Positions 1 to 13,959 of a stretch of 64,000 nt of DNA are shown one piece after another. Under the pieces are notes generated by a model. That model did no database searches and was not told the origin of the DNA. It worked only from the letters and a program-made list of their open reading frames with translations. Position 1 is the first letter of the stretch. Every line of letters starts with the position of its first letter. Origin of the DNA: a phage. The translations under genes and the position numbers were made by a program. Location of the stretch: sequence record OZ335961.1. One strand, written 5' to 3'.

Positions 1-1833
<1,833 letters not shown>

Positions 1834-1864
1834 ATATATTAAAGCATATTAAAGAGGATTAAAA

Positions 1865-3844
1865 ATGACTTTATTATCTCCGGGCATTGAGCTCAAAGAA
1901 ACTACGGTTCAAAGCACCGTGGTTAATAACTCTACTGGTACAGCAGCTCTGGCCGGTAAATTCCAGTGGGGTCCTGCTTTTCAAATCAAACAGGTTACAA
2001 ATGAAGTAGATTTAGTTAATACTTTTGGTCAACCTACGGCTGAAACTGCTGACTATTTTATGTCTGCAATGAATTTCTTACAATATGGAAATGATTTGCG
2101 AGTTGTGCGTGCTGTCGATAGAGATACCGCTAAAAACTCATCTCCGATTGCCGGTAATATTGAATACACTATTTCTACCCCAGGTAGTAACTACGCGGTT
2201 GGAGATAAAATCACGGTTAAGTATGTTTCAGAAGATGTTGAAACAGAATGTAAAGTTACCGAAGTAGATGCTGATGGAAAAATTAAGAAAATTAATATTC
2301 CTACCGCAAAAATTATCGCTAAAGCGAAAGAAGTAGGCGAATATCCAACATTAGGTTCTAACTGGACCGCGGAAATTTCTTCGTCTTCCTCTGGTTTAGC
2401 TGCAGTAATAACTCTTGGAAAAATTATTACCGATTCTGGTATTTTATTAGCTGAAATTGAAAATGCCGAAGCTGCCATGACAGCTGTTGACTTTCAAGCA
2501 AATCTCGAAAAATATGGAATTCCAGGAGTAGTAGCTCTTTATCCAGGCGAGTTGGGCGATAAAATCGAAATTGAAATCGTATCTAAAGCTGACTACGCAA
2601 AAGGTGCTTCTGCATTACTCCCAATTTATCCAGGTGGCGGAACACGTGCATCTACTGCCAAAGCAGTGTTTGGATATGGACCACAAACTGACTCACAATA
2701 CGCTATTATAGTTCGTCGCAATGATGCTATTGTTCAAAGCGTTGTTCTTTCAACAAAGCGTGGTGAAAAAGATATTTACGATAGTAACATCTATATTGAT
2801 GACTTTTTCGCAAAAGGTGGTTCAGAATATATTTTCGCAACTGCACAAAACTGGCCAGAAGGCTTCTCTGGAATTTTAACTCTGTCTGGTGGATTATCAT
2901 CAAATGCTGAAGTAACAGCAGGAGATTTGATGGAAGCTTGGGACTTCTTTGCTGACCGTGAATCTGTTGATGTTCAGTTGTTTATTGCGGGTTCTTGTGC
3001 CGGTGAATCTTTAGAAACAGCATCTACTGTCCAAAAACACGTCGTTTCAATTGGGGATGCTCGCCAAGATTGCTTAGTACTGTGCTCACCACCGCGTGAA
3101 ACTGTAGTTGGAATTCCTGTAACTCGTGCTGTTGATAACTTAGTCAATTGGAGAACTGCAGCAGGTTCATACACTGATAATAACTTTAATATCAGTTCAA
3201 CCTACGCAGCAATTGATGGTAACTACAAGTATCAGTATGACAAATATAATGATGTAAATCGTTGGGTTCCATTAGCAGCTGATATTGCTGGTTTATGCGC
3301 AAGAACAGATAACATTTCTCAGACTTGGATGTCTCCAGCTGGTTATAATCGTGGCCAGATTCTTAACGTTATTAAACTTGCTATTGAAACTCGTCAGGCG
3401 CAGCGCGACCGTTTATATCAAGAAGCTATCAACCCAGTAACTGGTACAGGTGGTGATGGTTACGTATTGTATGGTGATAAAACAGCTACTTCTGTTCCTT
3501 CTCCATTTGATCGTATTAACGTTCGTCGTCTGTTTAATATGTTGAAAACGAATATCGGACGTAGTTCAAAATATCGTTTGTTCGAATTAAACAACGCGTT
3601 TACTCGTTCATCATTCCGCACAGAAACTGCCCAATACTTACAGGGAATTAAAGCTCTCGGTGGAATTTATGAATATCGTGTAGTTTGCGATACAACAAAT
3701 AACACTCCGTCAGTAATTGATAGAAATGAGTTTGTTGCAACATTCTACATCCAACCAGCTAGAAGCATTAACTACATTACCTTAAACTTCGTAGCAACTG
3801 CTACTGGTGCAGATTTCGATGAGTTAACTGGTCTTGCAGGTTAA
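1865..3844 (+). CDS. 18: contractile tail sheath protein
   Basis: 659-aa ORF, ATG at 1865 after AAGAGGA RBS; position after gene 17 and length as in T4. Confidence 0.95.
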   Translation: MTLLSPGIELKETTVQSTVVNNSTGTAALAGKFQWGPAFQIKQVTNEVDLVNTFGQPTAETADYFMSAMNFLQYGNDLRVVRAVDRDTAKNSSPIAGNIEYTISTPGSNYAVGDKITVKYVSEDVETECKVTEVDADGKIKKINIPTAKIIAKAKEVGEYPTLGSNWTAEISSSSSGLAAVITLGKIITDSGILLAEIENAEAAMTAVDFQANLEKYGIPGVVALYPGELGDKIEIEIVSKADYAKGASALLPIYPGGGTRASTAKAVFGYGPQTDSQYAIIVRRNDAIVQSVVLSTKRGEKDIYDSNIYIDDFFAKGGSEYIFATAQNWPEGFSGILTLSGGLSSNAEVTAGDLMEAWDFFADRESVDVQLFIAGSCAGESLETASTVQKHVVSIGDARQDCLVLCSPPRETVVGIPVTRAVDNLVNWRTAAGSYTDNNFNISSTYAAIDGNYKYQYDKYNDVNRWVPLAADIAGLCARTDNISQTWMSPAGYNRGQILNVIKLAIETRQAQRDRLYQEAINPVTGTGGDGYVLYGDKTATSVPSPFDRINVRRLFNMLKTNIGRSSKYRLFELNNAFTRSSFRTETAQYLQGIKALGGIYEYRVVCDTTNNTPSVIDRNEFVATFYIQPARSINYITLNFVATATGADFDELTGLAG

Positions 3845-3879
3845 TACGGTGCATTCTAAAGGCCTGTTTCGGCAGGCCA

Positions 3880-3887
3880 TATAAATA
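3880..3887 (+). promoter_or_regulatory. late promoter core TATAAATA (upstream of gene 19)
   Basis: Exact TATAAATA; a second copy at 3939-3946. Confidence 0.5.
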
Positions 3888-3938
3888 CACTATATCCTTA
3901 ATTCTTTAATTCTATATGCCCTAGGTTAAACATAGGGA

Positions 3939-3946
3939 TATAAATA
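3939..3946 (+). promoter_or_regulatory. late promoter core TATAAATA (gene 19)
   Basis: Exact TATAAATA about 15 nt upstream of the gene 19 RBS. Confidence 0.55.
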
Positions 3947-3960
3947 CTACAGAGGCTAAT

Positions 3961-4452
3961 ATGTTTGTAGATGATGTAACACGAGCGTTTGAATCTGGTG
4001 ATTTTGCTCGACCTAACTTATTCCAAGTAGAAATTTCTTATCTTGGACAAAATTTTACGTTTCAATGTAAAGCCACTGCTTTACCAGCTGGTATTGTAGA
4101 AAAAATTCCAGTCGGATTTATGAACCGTAAAATTAACGTAGCAGGCGATCGTACATTCGATGACTGGACTATTACAGTAATGAACGATGAGGCACATGAT
4201 GCTCGTCAGAAGTTTGTTGATTGGCAAAGCATTGCCGCTGGGCAGGGGAACGAAATTACTGGTGGAAAACCAGCAGAGTATAAAAAGAGCGCTATTGTTC
4301 GCCAATATGCTCGTGACGCTAAAACTGTAACAAAAGAAGTCGAAATTAAAGGCCTGTGGCCTACTAACGTGGGTGAACTTCAATTAGATTGGGATTCAAA
4401 CAATGAAATCCAAACCTTTGAAGTAACTCTCGCTCTCGATTATTGGGAATAA
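3961..4452 (+). CDS. 19: tail tube protein
   Basis: 163-aa ORF with GAGG RBS, preceded by TATAAATA late promoter cores. Confidence 0.93.
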   Translation: MFVDDVTRAFESGDFARPNLFQVEISYLGQNFTFQCKATALPAGIVEKIPVGFMNRKINVAGDRTFDDWTITVMNDEAHDARQKFVDWQSIAAGQGNEITGGKPAEYKKSAIVRQYARDAKTVTKEVEIKGLWPTNVGELQLDWDSNNEIQTFEVTLALDYWE

Positions 4453-4484
4453 AATGAATGGGGAGAAATCCCCATCCTGCTTAA

Positions 4485-6109
<1,625 letters not shown>

Positions 6110-6110
<1 letters not shown>

Positions 6111-6352
6111 TGGAAGGTTTAATTGAAGCTATTAAATCAAACGACCTCGTAGCCGCTCGTAAATTATTTGCTGAAGCCATGGCTGCAAGAACGATTGATT
6201 TAATTAAAGAAGAAAAAATCGCTATCGCTCGTAATTTCTTAATCGAAGGTGAAGAACCTGAAGACGAGGATGATGACGAAGATGGTGATGATAAAGACGA
6301 CAAAAAAGACAAAGACTCTGACGAAGATGACGAAGACGAGGATGATGAATAA
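6110..6352 (+). CDS. 67: prohead core protein
   Basis: 80-aa ORF with strongly acidic D/E C-terminus; TAATG overlap with gene 20 stop; T4 gene order. Confidence 0.85.
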
Positions 6353-6777
6353 TGCTTCTGATCCCTGAAACTCATGAATTAGTTCTCGAGAATGTCGAAG
6401 CACTTATTCCTGAAGCACAGGGTCGCTTTGACGAATTGTCTTCTGCTTTAAATAAAGACGATATAAATACAATTGTCGAGAATATGCTTGATGATGAAAC
6501 TGATTTAGCAGTTGCATTAGCTTCTATTAATGAAAATATGCCGTTAAATGAATTCATTGTTAAGCACGTTTCAGCTCGTGGCGAAATTACACGTACTAAA
6601 GATCGCAAAACACGCGAACGTAATGCATTTCAAACCACTGGGCTGTCTAAAGCAAAACGTAGACAAATTGCTCGCAAAGCTACCAAAACGAAGATTGCCA
6701 ATCCAGCAGGTCAATCTCGTGCTCAGCGTAAGCGTAAAAAAGCTCTTAAACGCCGTAAAGCATTAGGATTAAGCTAA
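6352..6777 (+). CDS. 68: prohead core protein
   Basis: 141-aa ORF with basic C-terminus; start overlaps gene 67 stop. Confidence 0.85.
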
Positions 6778-7415
6778 TGAATGAACCCCAATTACTAATT
6801 GAAACTTGGGGTCAACCTGGCGAAATTATTGATGGTGTGCCAATGCTTGAATCTCATGATGGAAAAGACCTAGGTTTAAAACCCGGTTTATACATCGAAG
6901 GAATATTCATGCAAGCGGAAGTCGTCAATAGAAATAAACGTCTTTATCCAAAACGCATATTAGAAAAAGCGGTAAAAGACTATATCAATGAGCAAGTTTT
7001 AACTAAACAAGCTCTCGGAGAATTAAATCATCCTCCACGCGCTAATGTTGACCCGATGCAAGCCGCTATCATTATAGAAGATATGTGGTGGAAAGGAAAT
7101 GACGTATACGGACGAGCTCGTGTTATTGAAGGTGACCATGGTCCTGGAGATAAATTAGCAGCTAATATTCGTGCCGGATGGATTCCAGGAGTTTCTTCTC
7201 GTGGATTAGGTTCATTGACTGACACAAATAAAGGTTATCGTATCGTAAACGAAGGATTCAAATTAACTGTAGGTGTTGATGCAGTATGGGGTCCAAGTGC
7301 TCCAGATGCATGGGTAACTCCTAAGGAAATTACCGAATCACAGACGGCGGAAGCCGATACAAGTGCCGATGACGCCTATATGGCTCTCGCAGAGGCCATG
7401 AAAAAAGCGTTATAA
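6777..7415 (+). CDS. 21: prohead core protease
   Basis: 212-aa ORF; position and size of T4 gp21. Confidence 0.9.
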   Translation: MNEPQLLIETWGQPGEIIDGVPMLESHDGKDLGLKPGLYIEGIFMQAEVVNRNKRLYPKRILEKAVKDYINEQVLTKQALGELNHPPRANVDPMQAAIIIEDMWWKGNDVYGRARVIEGDHGPGDKLAANIRAGWIPGVSSRGLGSLTDTNKGYRIVNEGFKLTVGVDAVWGPSAPDAWVTPKEITESQTAEADTSADDAYMALAEAMKKAL

Positions 7416-7418
7416 ATA
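7411..7418 (+). promoter_or_regulatory. late promoter core TATAAATA (gene 22)
   Basis: Exact match overlapping the gene 21 stop. Confidence 0.55.
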
Positions 7419-7445
7419 TTATTATCTAAACAACAGGACTACAAA

Positions 7446-8255
7446 ATGCTTAAAGAACAACTGATTGCTGAAGCGCAAAAAATTGATGCTTCCGTTGCTC
7501 TTGATAGTATTTTCGAATCAGTTAATATTTCTCCGGAAGCAAAAGAAACTTTCGGCACTGTATTCGAAGCTACCGTCAAGCAGCACGCCGTTAAATTAGC
7601 TGAATCTCATATCGCTAAAATTGCTGAAAAAGCAGAAGAAGAAGTAGAAAAAAATAAAGAAGAAGCCGAAGAAAAAGCTGAGAAGAAAATCGCTGAGCAA
7701 GCTTCTAAATTCATCGACCATCTTGCGAAAGAATGGCTCGCTGAAAATAAATTAGCAGTTGATAAAGGCATCAAAGCCGAACTGTTTGAATCCATGCTTG
7801 GTGGATTAAAAGAGCTCTTTGTTGAACACAACGTTGTTGTTCCAGAAGAATCAGTTGATGTTGTAGCTGAAATGGAAGAAGAGCTGCAAGAACATAAAGA
7901 AGAATCAGCTCGTCTGTTCGAAGAACTCAATAAGCGTGACGCATATATCAATTATGTGCAGCGTGAAGTGGCATTGAGCGAAAGTACTAAAGATCTGACT
8001 GAGTCTCAAAAAGAAAAAGTCTCTGCTCTGGTCGAAGGTATGGATTATTCAGATGCATTCTCAAGTAAATTGAGTGCCATCGTAGAAATGGTGAAGAAGT
8101 CTAATAAAGATGAAAGCACTATTACTGAGAGTATAAATACTCCTGATACTGAAGCAGCCGGACTGAATTTCGTCACTGAAGCTGTAGAAGATAAAACTGC
8201 ACCAGGTGCAGAAGATATTGTAAGTGTATATGCGAAAGTCGCATCTCGTTTCTAA
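7446..8255 (+). CDS. 22: prohead core scaffold protein
   Basis: 269-aa highly charged coiled-coil-like protein (EEEVEKNKEEAEEKAEKK) immediately upstream of the major capsid gene. Confidence 0.9.
   Translation: MLKEQLIAEAQKIDASVALDSIFESVNISPEAKETFGTVFEATVKQHAVKLAESHIAKIAEKAEEEVEKNKEEAEEKAEKKIAEQASKFIDHLAKEWLAENKLAVDKGIKAELFESMLGGLKELFVEHNVVVPEESVDVVAEMEEELQEHKEESARLFEELNKRDAYINYVQREVALSESTKDLTESQKEKVSALVEGMDYSDAFSSKLSAIVEMVKKSNKDESTITESINTPDTEAAGLNFVTEAVEDKTAPGAEDIVSVYAKVASRF
8133..8140 (+). promoter_or_regulatory. late promoter core TATAAATA (gene 23)
   Basis: Exact match inside the 3' end of gene 22, the position I recall for the T4 P23 promoter. Confidence 0.65.
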
Positions 8256-8273
8256 TTTTAAAGGTTAACACAA

Positions 8274-9839
8274 ATGACTATCAAAACTAAAGCTGAACTT
8301 TTGAACAAATGGAAGCCATTACTGGAAGGTGAAGGTTTACCGGAAATTGCTAATAGCAAACAAGCGATTATCGCTAAAATCTTTGAAAACCAGGAAAAAG
8401 ATTTCCAGACAGCTCCAGAGTACAAAGACGAAAAAATCGCCCAGGCATTTGGTTCTTTCTTAACAGAAGCTGAAATCGGTGGTGACCACGGTTACAACGC
8501 TACTAACATCGCTGCTGGTCAGACTTCTGGCGCAGTAACTCAGATTGGCCCAGCTGTTATGGGTATGGTACGTCGTGCTATTCCTAACCTGATTGCTTTC
8601 GATATTTGCGGTGTTCAGCCGATGAATAGCCCTACTGGCCAAGTATTCGCACTGCGTGCAGTATATGGTAAAGACCCAATCGCTTCCGGCGCTAAAGAAG
8701 CATTCCACCCAATGTATGGTCCAGATGCAATGTTCTCTGGTCAGGGTGCTGCTAAGAAATTCGCTGCTTTGAAAGCAAGTGATACTCTTGAAGTTGGAAC
8801 TATTTACACCCACTTCTTCCAGGACACTGGTACTGTGTATCTGCAAGCTACAGAAGTTAAGCAAATTGATACTAGTGCAACTGACGCAGCTAAATTAGAT
8901 GCTGAAATTAAGAAACAAATGGAAGCTGGTGTACTGGTAGAAATCGCTGAAGGCATGGCTACTTCTATCGCTGAACTTCAGGAAGGTTTCAACGGTTCTA
9001 CCGATAACCCATGGAATGAAATGGGCTTCCGTATCGATAAACAAGTTATCGAAGCTAAATCTCGTCAGCTGAAAGCTGCTTACTCTATCGAATTAGCACA
9101 AGACCTCCGCGCTGTTCACGGTATGGATGCTGATGCTGAACTGTCTGGTATTCTGGCTACCGAAATCATGCTGGAAATCAACCGCGAAGTTGTTGATTGG
9201 ATTAACTACTCTGCACAGGTTGGTAAATCTGGTATGACCCTGACTCCGGGTTCTAAAGCTGGTGTATTTGACTTCCAGGATCCAATTGATATTCGTGGTG
9301 CTCGCTGGGCGGGTGAATCCTTTAAAGCTCTGTTATTCCAGATTGACAAAGAAGCAGTTGAAATTGCTCGTCAGACCGGTCGTGGTGAAGGTAACTTCAT
9401 TATCGCTTCCCGTAACGTAGTTAACGTTCTGGCTTCAGTTGATACTGGCATTTCTTATGCTGCACAGGGTCTGGCTACCGGCTTTAACACTGATACTACC
9501 AAGTCAGTATTTGCTGGTGTTCTGGGTGGTAAATACCGTGTATATATCGACCAGTATGCTAAACAGGATTATTTCACTGTAGGTTATAAAGGTCCGAACG
9601 AAATGGATGCTGGTATTTACTATGCTCCATATGTAGCTCTGACTCCGCTGCGTGGTTCCGATCCGAAGAACTTCCAACCAGTAATGGGATTCAAAACTCG
9701 TTACGGTATCGGTATCAACCCATTTGCAGAATCCGCTGCTCAGGCTCCGGCTTCTCGCATCCAGAGCGGTATGCCTTCTATTCTGAATAGCCTTGGTAAA
9801 AACGCTTACTTCCGCCGTGTATATGTTAAAGGTATCTAA
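8274..9839 (+). CDS. 23: major capsid protein
   Basis: 521-aa ORF, high-expression codon bias, TATAAATA late promoter at 8133-8140, strong terminator downstream. Confidence 0.95.
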   Translation: MTIKTKAELLNKWKPLLEGEGLPEIANSKQAIIAKIFENQEKDFQTAPEYKDEKIAQAFGSFLTEAEIGGDHGYNATNIAAGQTSGAVTQIGPAVMGMVRRAIPNLIAFDICGVQPMNSPTGQVFALRAVYGKDPIASGAKEAFHPMYGPDAMFSGQGAAKKFAALKASDTLEVGTIYTHFFQDTGTVYLQATEVKQIDTSATDAAKLDAEIKKQMEAGVLVEIAEGMATSIAELQEGFNGSTDNPWNEMGFRIDKQVIEAKSRQLKAAYSIELAQDLRAVHGMDADAELSGILATEIMLEINREVVDWINYSAQVGKSGMTLTPGSKAGVFDFQDPIDIRGARWAGESFKALLFQIDKEAVEIARQTGRGEGNFIIASRNVVNVLASVDTGISYAAQGLATGFNTDTTKSVFAGVLGGKYRVYIDQYAKQDYFTVGYKGPNEMDAGIYYAPYVALTPLRGSDPKNFQPVMGFKTRYGIGINPFAESAAQAPASRIQSGMPSILNSLGKNAYFRRVYVKGI

Positions 9840-9854
9840 TCTTTGACGATTTAA

Positions 9855-9885
9855 GGGACCTTCGGGTCCCTTTAGTTGTTTTTAT
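9855..9885 (+). terminator. intrinsic terminator after gene 23
   Basis: GGGACC-TTCG-GGTCCC hairpin with UUCG tetraloop followed by a T-rich run. Confidence 0.75.
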
Positions 9886-9887
9886 GG

Positions 9888-9895
9888 TATAAATA
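9888..9895 (+). promoter_or_regulatory. late promoter core TATAAATA (gene 24)
   Basis: Exact match between terminator and gene 24. Confidence 0.6.
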
Positions 9896-9922
9896 AATCA
9901 TATAAACCAAAAGGAAAGCGCA

Positions 9923-11206
9923 ATGGCTAAAATCAACGAACTTCTGCGCGAATCAACCACAACGAATAGCAACTCAATCGGTCGCCCAAATCTCGTTGCT
10001 TTGACTCGCGCTACCACTAAATTAATATATTCTGACATTGTAGCAACGCAAAGAACTAATCAACCTGTTGCTGCTTTTTACGGTATCAAATACCTTAACC
10101 CAGATAACGAATTTACATTTAAAACTGGTGCTACTTACGCTGGCGAAGCTGGATACGTAGACCGAGAACAAATCACAGAATTAACAGAAGAGTCTAAATT
10201 AACTCTCAATAAAGGCGATTTATTCAAATATAATAATATCGTTTATAAAGTATTAGAAGATACACCATTTGCTACCATTGAAGAAAGCGATTTAGAATTA
10301 GCTCTTCAGATTGCAATTGTTCTTTTAAAGGTTCGTCTATTTTCTGATGCTGCAGTAACAAGCAAATTTGAAAGCTCTGATAGCGAAATTGCTGATGCTA
10401 GATTCCAGATTAATAAATGGCAAACCGCAGTTAAATCTCGTAAACTTAAAACTGGCATTACAGTTGAATTAGCACAAGATTTAGAAGCAAATGGATTCGA
10501 TGCTCCTAATTTCTTGGAAGATTTGCTTGCAACTGAAATGGCAGATGAAATCAATAAAGATATTTTACAGTCTCTGATTACAGTATCAAAACGCTATAAA
10601 GTTACAGGAATTACTGATACTGGATTCATTGATTTGAGTTATGCATCTGCACCTGAAGCTGGTCGTTCATTATACCGAATGGTATGTGAAATGGTTTCAC
10701 ATATCCAAAAAGAATCAACTTATACTGCAACGTTCTGTGTTGCTTCAGCTCGTGCCGCTGCGATTCTTGCTGCGTCAGGTTGGTTAAAACATAAACCAGA
10801 AGATGACAAATATCTTTCACAAAATGCCTATGGGTTCTTAGCTAATGGTTTACCGCTTTATTGTGATACTAACAGCCCATTAGATTATGTAATCGTTGGT
10901 GTAGTAGAAAATATCGGTGAAAAAGAAATTGTTGGGTCAATTTTCTATGCTCCGTATACAGAAGGTCTTGACTTAGATGACCCTGAACATGTAGGTGCAT
11001 TTAAAGTTGTAGTTGATCCAGAAAGTTTGCAGCCATCTATCGGTTTATTGGTTAGATATGCTTTATCTGCAAATCCTTACACTGTAGCAAAAGATGAAAA
11101 AGAAGCAAGAATAATTGATGGTGGAGACATGGATAAAATGGCGGGTCGTTCAGATTTGTCTGTTTTATTAGGTGTTAAACTACCAAAAATTATCGTTGAT
11201 GAATAA
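9923..11206 (+). CDS. 24: capsid vertex protein (gp23 paralogue)
   Basis: 427-aa ORF after late promoter 9888-9895; C-terminal half resembles gp23. Confidence 0.92.
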   Translation: MAKINELLRESTTTNSNSIGRPNLVALTRATTKLIYSDIVATQRTNQPVAAFYGIKYLNPDNEFTFKTGATYAGEAGYVDREQITELTEESKLTLNKGDLFKYNNIVYKVLEDTPFATIEESDLELALQIAIVLLKVRLFSDAAVTSKFESSDSEIADARFQINKWQTAVKSRKLKTGITVELAQDLEANGFDAPNFLEDLLATEMADEINKDILQSLITVSKRYKVTGITDTGFIDLSYASAPEAGRSLYRMVCEMVSHIQKESTYTATFCVASARAAAILAASGWLKHKPEDDKYLSQNAYGFLANGLPLYCDTNSPLDYVIVGVVENIGEKEIVGSIFYAPYTEGLDLDDPEHVGAFKVVVDPESLQPSIGLLVRYALSANPYTVAKDEKEARIIDGGDMDKMAGRSDLSVLLGVKLPKIIVDE

Positions 11207-11212
11207 AACAAA

Positions 11213-11233
11213 GGGACCGAAAGGTCCCTTTTT
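11213..11233. terminator. bidirectional terminator between convergent gene 24 and rnlB
   Basis: GGGACC-GAAA-GGTCCC hairpin flanked by A-run upstream and T-run downstream. Confidence 0.7.
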
Positions 11234-11235
11234 AT

Positions 11236-12240
11236 TTAACTTACCAATTCAATCCAAGCCGGACGAAGTACATCTTGTACCATTTTAACTAATTCCTTCT
11301 TAATCAAAGAAGGATTATCCGCTTGAGTTAAAGTAATACCTTCACGAGAAGTTTCTTCCAAAATATCTTGAACAGTTAGTCCCATCACCTTTCCAAAATC
11401 CTTTGGACCAATTTCGCCAATTTTAGAAATAACGTTATTTACTCGGTTCAGTGTAACGTAACAAGCTAAAATTCCCAGCAATTTATTATCAGCTTCTGAC
11501 AGTTCAACTTTAGCTTTAATAGGCTTATCAGACTTTTTCTTTTCACTGAATTTAGAGTTCTTGCATTTGATAGCTACGCGATTGCCATTAGGCATCCAAG
11601 AAGTATAACAAGGTTTCAATACATATCCTTCAGCAGTAAATACTTCGCCTTTTGCTTCGGCATTCCAAACGCATTTATTTGCATCAACTAATCCAGCGTG
11701 GTCTACTGTAAAATTATAATCTTGAACGACAGAATCTAAATCATTTGGCAATTTAATAAGCTCTTCAAATTTACCACGACCTAAAAGTGGAGCCATTTTA
11801 AATTTAAATGTACTACAGAATGATTCCATCATATAATCATCGACATAAGTTACATCACCACTTTCTGTAGTAACAATAATGTCAAATACATAAAAATCTT
11901 TATCACCATAATCGACATTCTTCTGAATGCCAGGTCCAGCGAATTCGCCAAAAACTTGATAAGATACAACTGCTGAAGTTTCCATAATATCTTGCACTGC
12001 TTTAATGGAATCAGCGTAATTCTTCAAAATAATTTCATACCCAAAGAAATCTTCAGCAGGAAGAATAGGACCAGTACGTTTAGCACAAGTTACTTTATCA
12101 CGCTCAATAATCAATGAGAAATTTGTGCCGTGAATCTTTTCACGAGCTACCCATTCGCCGCCAGTCAATCCTAAACTGTAAAGTTTTTCAATGAATTTAG
12201 AATTGTAATGATTTTCAAGACTGCTATACTTTTTAAACAT
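11236..12240 (-). CDS. rnlB: RNA ligase 2
   Basis: 334-aa ORF; nucleotidyltransferase lysine motif [11 protein letters not shown] near N-terminus; T4 position after gene 24. Confidence 0.9.
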   Translation of the reverse strand: MFKKYSSLENHYNSKFIEKLYSLGLTGGEWVAREKIHGTNFSLIIERDKVTCAKRTGPILPAEDFFGYEIILKNYADSIKAVQDIMETSAVVSYQVFGEFAGPGIQKNVDYGDKDFYVFDIIVTTESGDVTYVDDYMMESFCSTFKFKMAPLLGRGKFEELIKLPNDLDSVVQDYNFTVDHAGLVDANKCVWNAEAKGEVFTAEGYVLKPCYTSWMPNGNRVAIKCKNSKFSEKKKSDKPIKAKVELSEADNKLLGILACYVTLNRVNNVISKIGEIGPKDFGKVMGLTVQDILEETSREGITLTQADNPSLIKKELVKMVQDVLRPAWIELVS

Positions 12241-12249
12241 AATTAATCC

Positions 12250-12528
12250 TCAAAATGTAATTTCTAACCAATCACCATCACGCTGATCACTATTGACTTT
12301 AAAGCTAAATCCTTCTTTTCTCAGCCAATCACCAATTTCTTCAGTAATCAATTTATCGCGAGCAGTGCAATAATAACTAAAATATGTTTTACCTTGCTCA
12401 GCTGCTTTATTAGCAAGTTCCGAAAAATCTTTAATAAAACACTCTAGCTTAAACTGTTTGCTTTTAAGTGCTTTTTCACGTAATTGATTAGCAAAAGATT
12501 CATTTTCATAAAGATCATACTGTTCCAT
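12250..12528 (-). CDS. hypothetical protein (positional equivalent of T4 24.2)
   Basis: 92-aa ORF, ATG confirmed, tight packing between rnlB and next ORF. Confidence 0.6.
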   Translation of the reverse strand: MEQYDLYENESFANQLREKALKSKQFKLECFIKDFSELANKAAEQGKTYFSYYCTARDKLITEEIGDWLRKEGFSFKVNSDQRDGDWLEITF

Positions 12529-12730
12529 TTTTCACCTTTTTATTAATATGTCTTTTTCTATAGACAACTTTTTCTCGAGTTTCAAATTTATTCTTAGCAG
12601 TCATAGCTCGAGCCCATAATACAGCCACTTCTTTTGCCTGTAAGTTCAATTCACGAGCAATTTCAATGAATGACTTTCCAGACTCATGAAGAGTAAACAC
12701 CACAACTTCATTTCTCATAATCAATCTCAT
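12515..12730 (-). CDS. small helix-turn-helix protein (positional equivalent of T4 24.3)
   Basis: 71-aa ORF with HTH-like segment SFIEIARELNLQAKEVAVLWARAM. Confidence 0.6.
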   Translation of the reverse strand: MRLIMRNEVVVFTLHESGKSFIEIARELNLQAKEVAVLWARAMTAKNKFETREKVVYRKRHINKKVKNGTV

Positions 12731-12799
12731 GTTATCGAGTTGGTGCCATTATATACATCATTTTCTGAGTGTGTTTTATGTGCTTTCAAAATGAAGAAA

Positions 12800-12813
12800 G
12801 GGGCCGAAGCCCC
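12800..12813 (-). terminator. hairpin terminator downstream of hoc
   Basis: GGGGC-CGAA-GCCCC hairpin; T-rich on minus strand. Confidence 0.55.
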
Positions 12814-12819
12814 TTATAA

Positions 12820-13950
12820 TTATGGATAGGTATAGATTATACCAGTTTCTAAAGCAGTTTTATGAATGATGTATCCATTACGCGATTCTTGAACATCGAC
12901 TTCTGGATAGTCTTTTATCATCTTCTGAAGAGTGTAACGATGCAAGTAATACTTACTATCTGGGTCGTCAGTTTTCCAATCTTTACCTTCTTCAGTCATT
13001 TTTTGGATTTCATCCATAACCCACCAACCGCACCAGATATAAGCTGAAGTACGATGTGGAAGAGGATGAACATAAGGCAATTCACCTTCTGGTTCCGGAG
13101 CAACTTTATCAGTTACCTGAACTTGACCAGTCGCTTTAACTGTTTTACTATCATAGTCAGTTGCTGTAACGACAGCAGTAACTTCAATAGTTTGACTTCC
13201 AACAGATGAGGTATCGATAGTATATACGTTAGTTGACCCTTCTACAGGAGAAGAATCTTTCTTCCATGAATAAGTAATTTGTGCTGCTCCAGGCGCGCCA
13301 GTAACATTAGCAGTAAATGTAGCCGAAGCATCTTGCTGAACATTAATAGAAGGAGGAGTCAATGCAATCTGTGGATTCATTGTCTTCTTATTAACTGTCA
13401 ATGATACTTCATTAGAAGTAACTTCTTTTGTATCATAATCAGTCGCGGTTACTTGAGCTACACACTTGATTTTTTTAACTCCGCTTGTAGTAGGAGTGTA
13501 ATTGAATGTAGCAGAAGTTGCTTCGCTTACAGGAGAACCATCTACATGCCACTGATACGTAGCAGATGCGCCTGGTGGTTGAGAAGCTAAGGCAGCAGTA
13601 AATTGAACTGGGGTTCCAATTACTCCAGCTGAAGGACTATCGGGAGTTACTGCCAAGGTAGTTGTCTGTGTCTTGTTTTGAACTGTAATAGTTGTACTAA
13701 TTTCAGCTGTTTCAGCATCAGTATCTGGAATTGTATTTGTTGCAACTACTTTAATAGTCTTTTGACCGGCAGGTCCTTTTAGTACATAACTAAAAGTTGC
13801 TTCAGTTCCATCTTGTGGAACATCGTCTACAGTCCAAGCATAGGTAATAGTTCCACCTCCAGTTTCACCACTGGGTGTAGCAGTAAACTGCTGAGTCTGA
13901 TCAATAACTCCAGTAGGTGTTTTAGGAGTTATATCAACTGTAAAAGCCAT
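12820..13950 (-). CDS. hoc: highly immunogenic outer capsid protein Hoc (Ig-like domains)
   Basis: 376-aa Thr/Val-rich protein with repeated beta-rich modules; T4 length and position. Confidence 0.88.
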   Translation of the reverse strand: MAFTVDITPKTPTGVIDQTQQFTATPSGETGGGTITYAWTVDDVPQDGTEATFSYVLKGPAGQKTIKVVATNTIPDTDAETAEISTTITVQNKTQTTTLAVTPDSPSAGVIGTPVQFTAALASQPPGASATYQWHVDGSPVSEATSATFNYTPTTSGVKKIKCVAQVTATDYDTKEVTSNEVSLTVNKKTMNPQIALTPPSINVQQDASATFTANVTGAPGAAQITYSWKKDSSPVEGSTNVYTIDTSSVGSQTIEVTAVVTATDYDSKTVKATGQVQVTDKVAPEPEGELPYVHPLPHRTSAYIWCGWWVMDEIQKMTEEGKDWKTDDPDSKYYLHRYTLQKMIKDYPEVDVQESRNGYIIHKTALETGIIYTYP

Positions 13951-13959
13951 AAGTTATCC

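Noticed and set aside
2191-2478. Antisense ORFs inside structural genes (for example 2191-2478, 7607-7951, 8460-8864, 14050-14403, 51218-51697)
   Set aside because: All lie opposite long, well-supported genes, lack RBS, and have low-complexity composition; treated as spurious.
3861-3878. GGCCTG-TTTCGG-CAGGCC hairpin after gene 18 as an intrinsic terminator
   Set aside because: It is a clean stem-loop but has no T-run after it and is followed directly by a late promoter; more likely an RNA stability or processing hairpin, so not called as a terminator.
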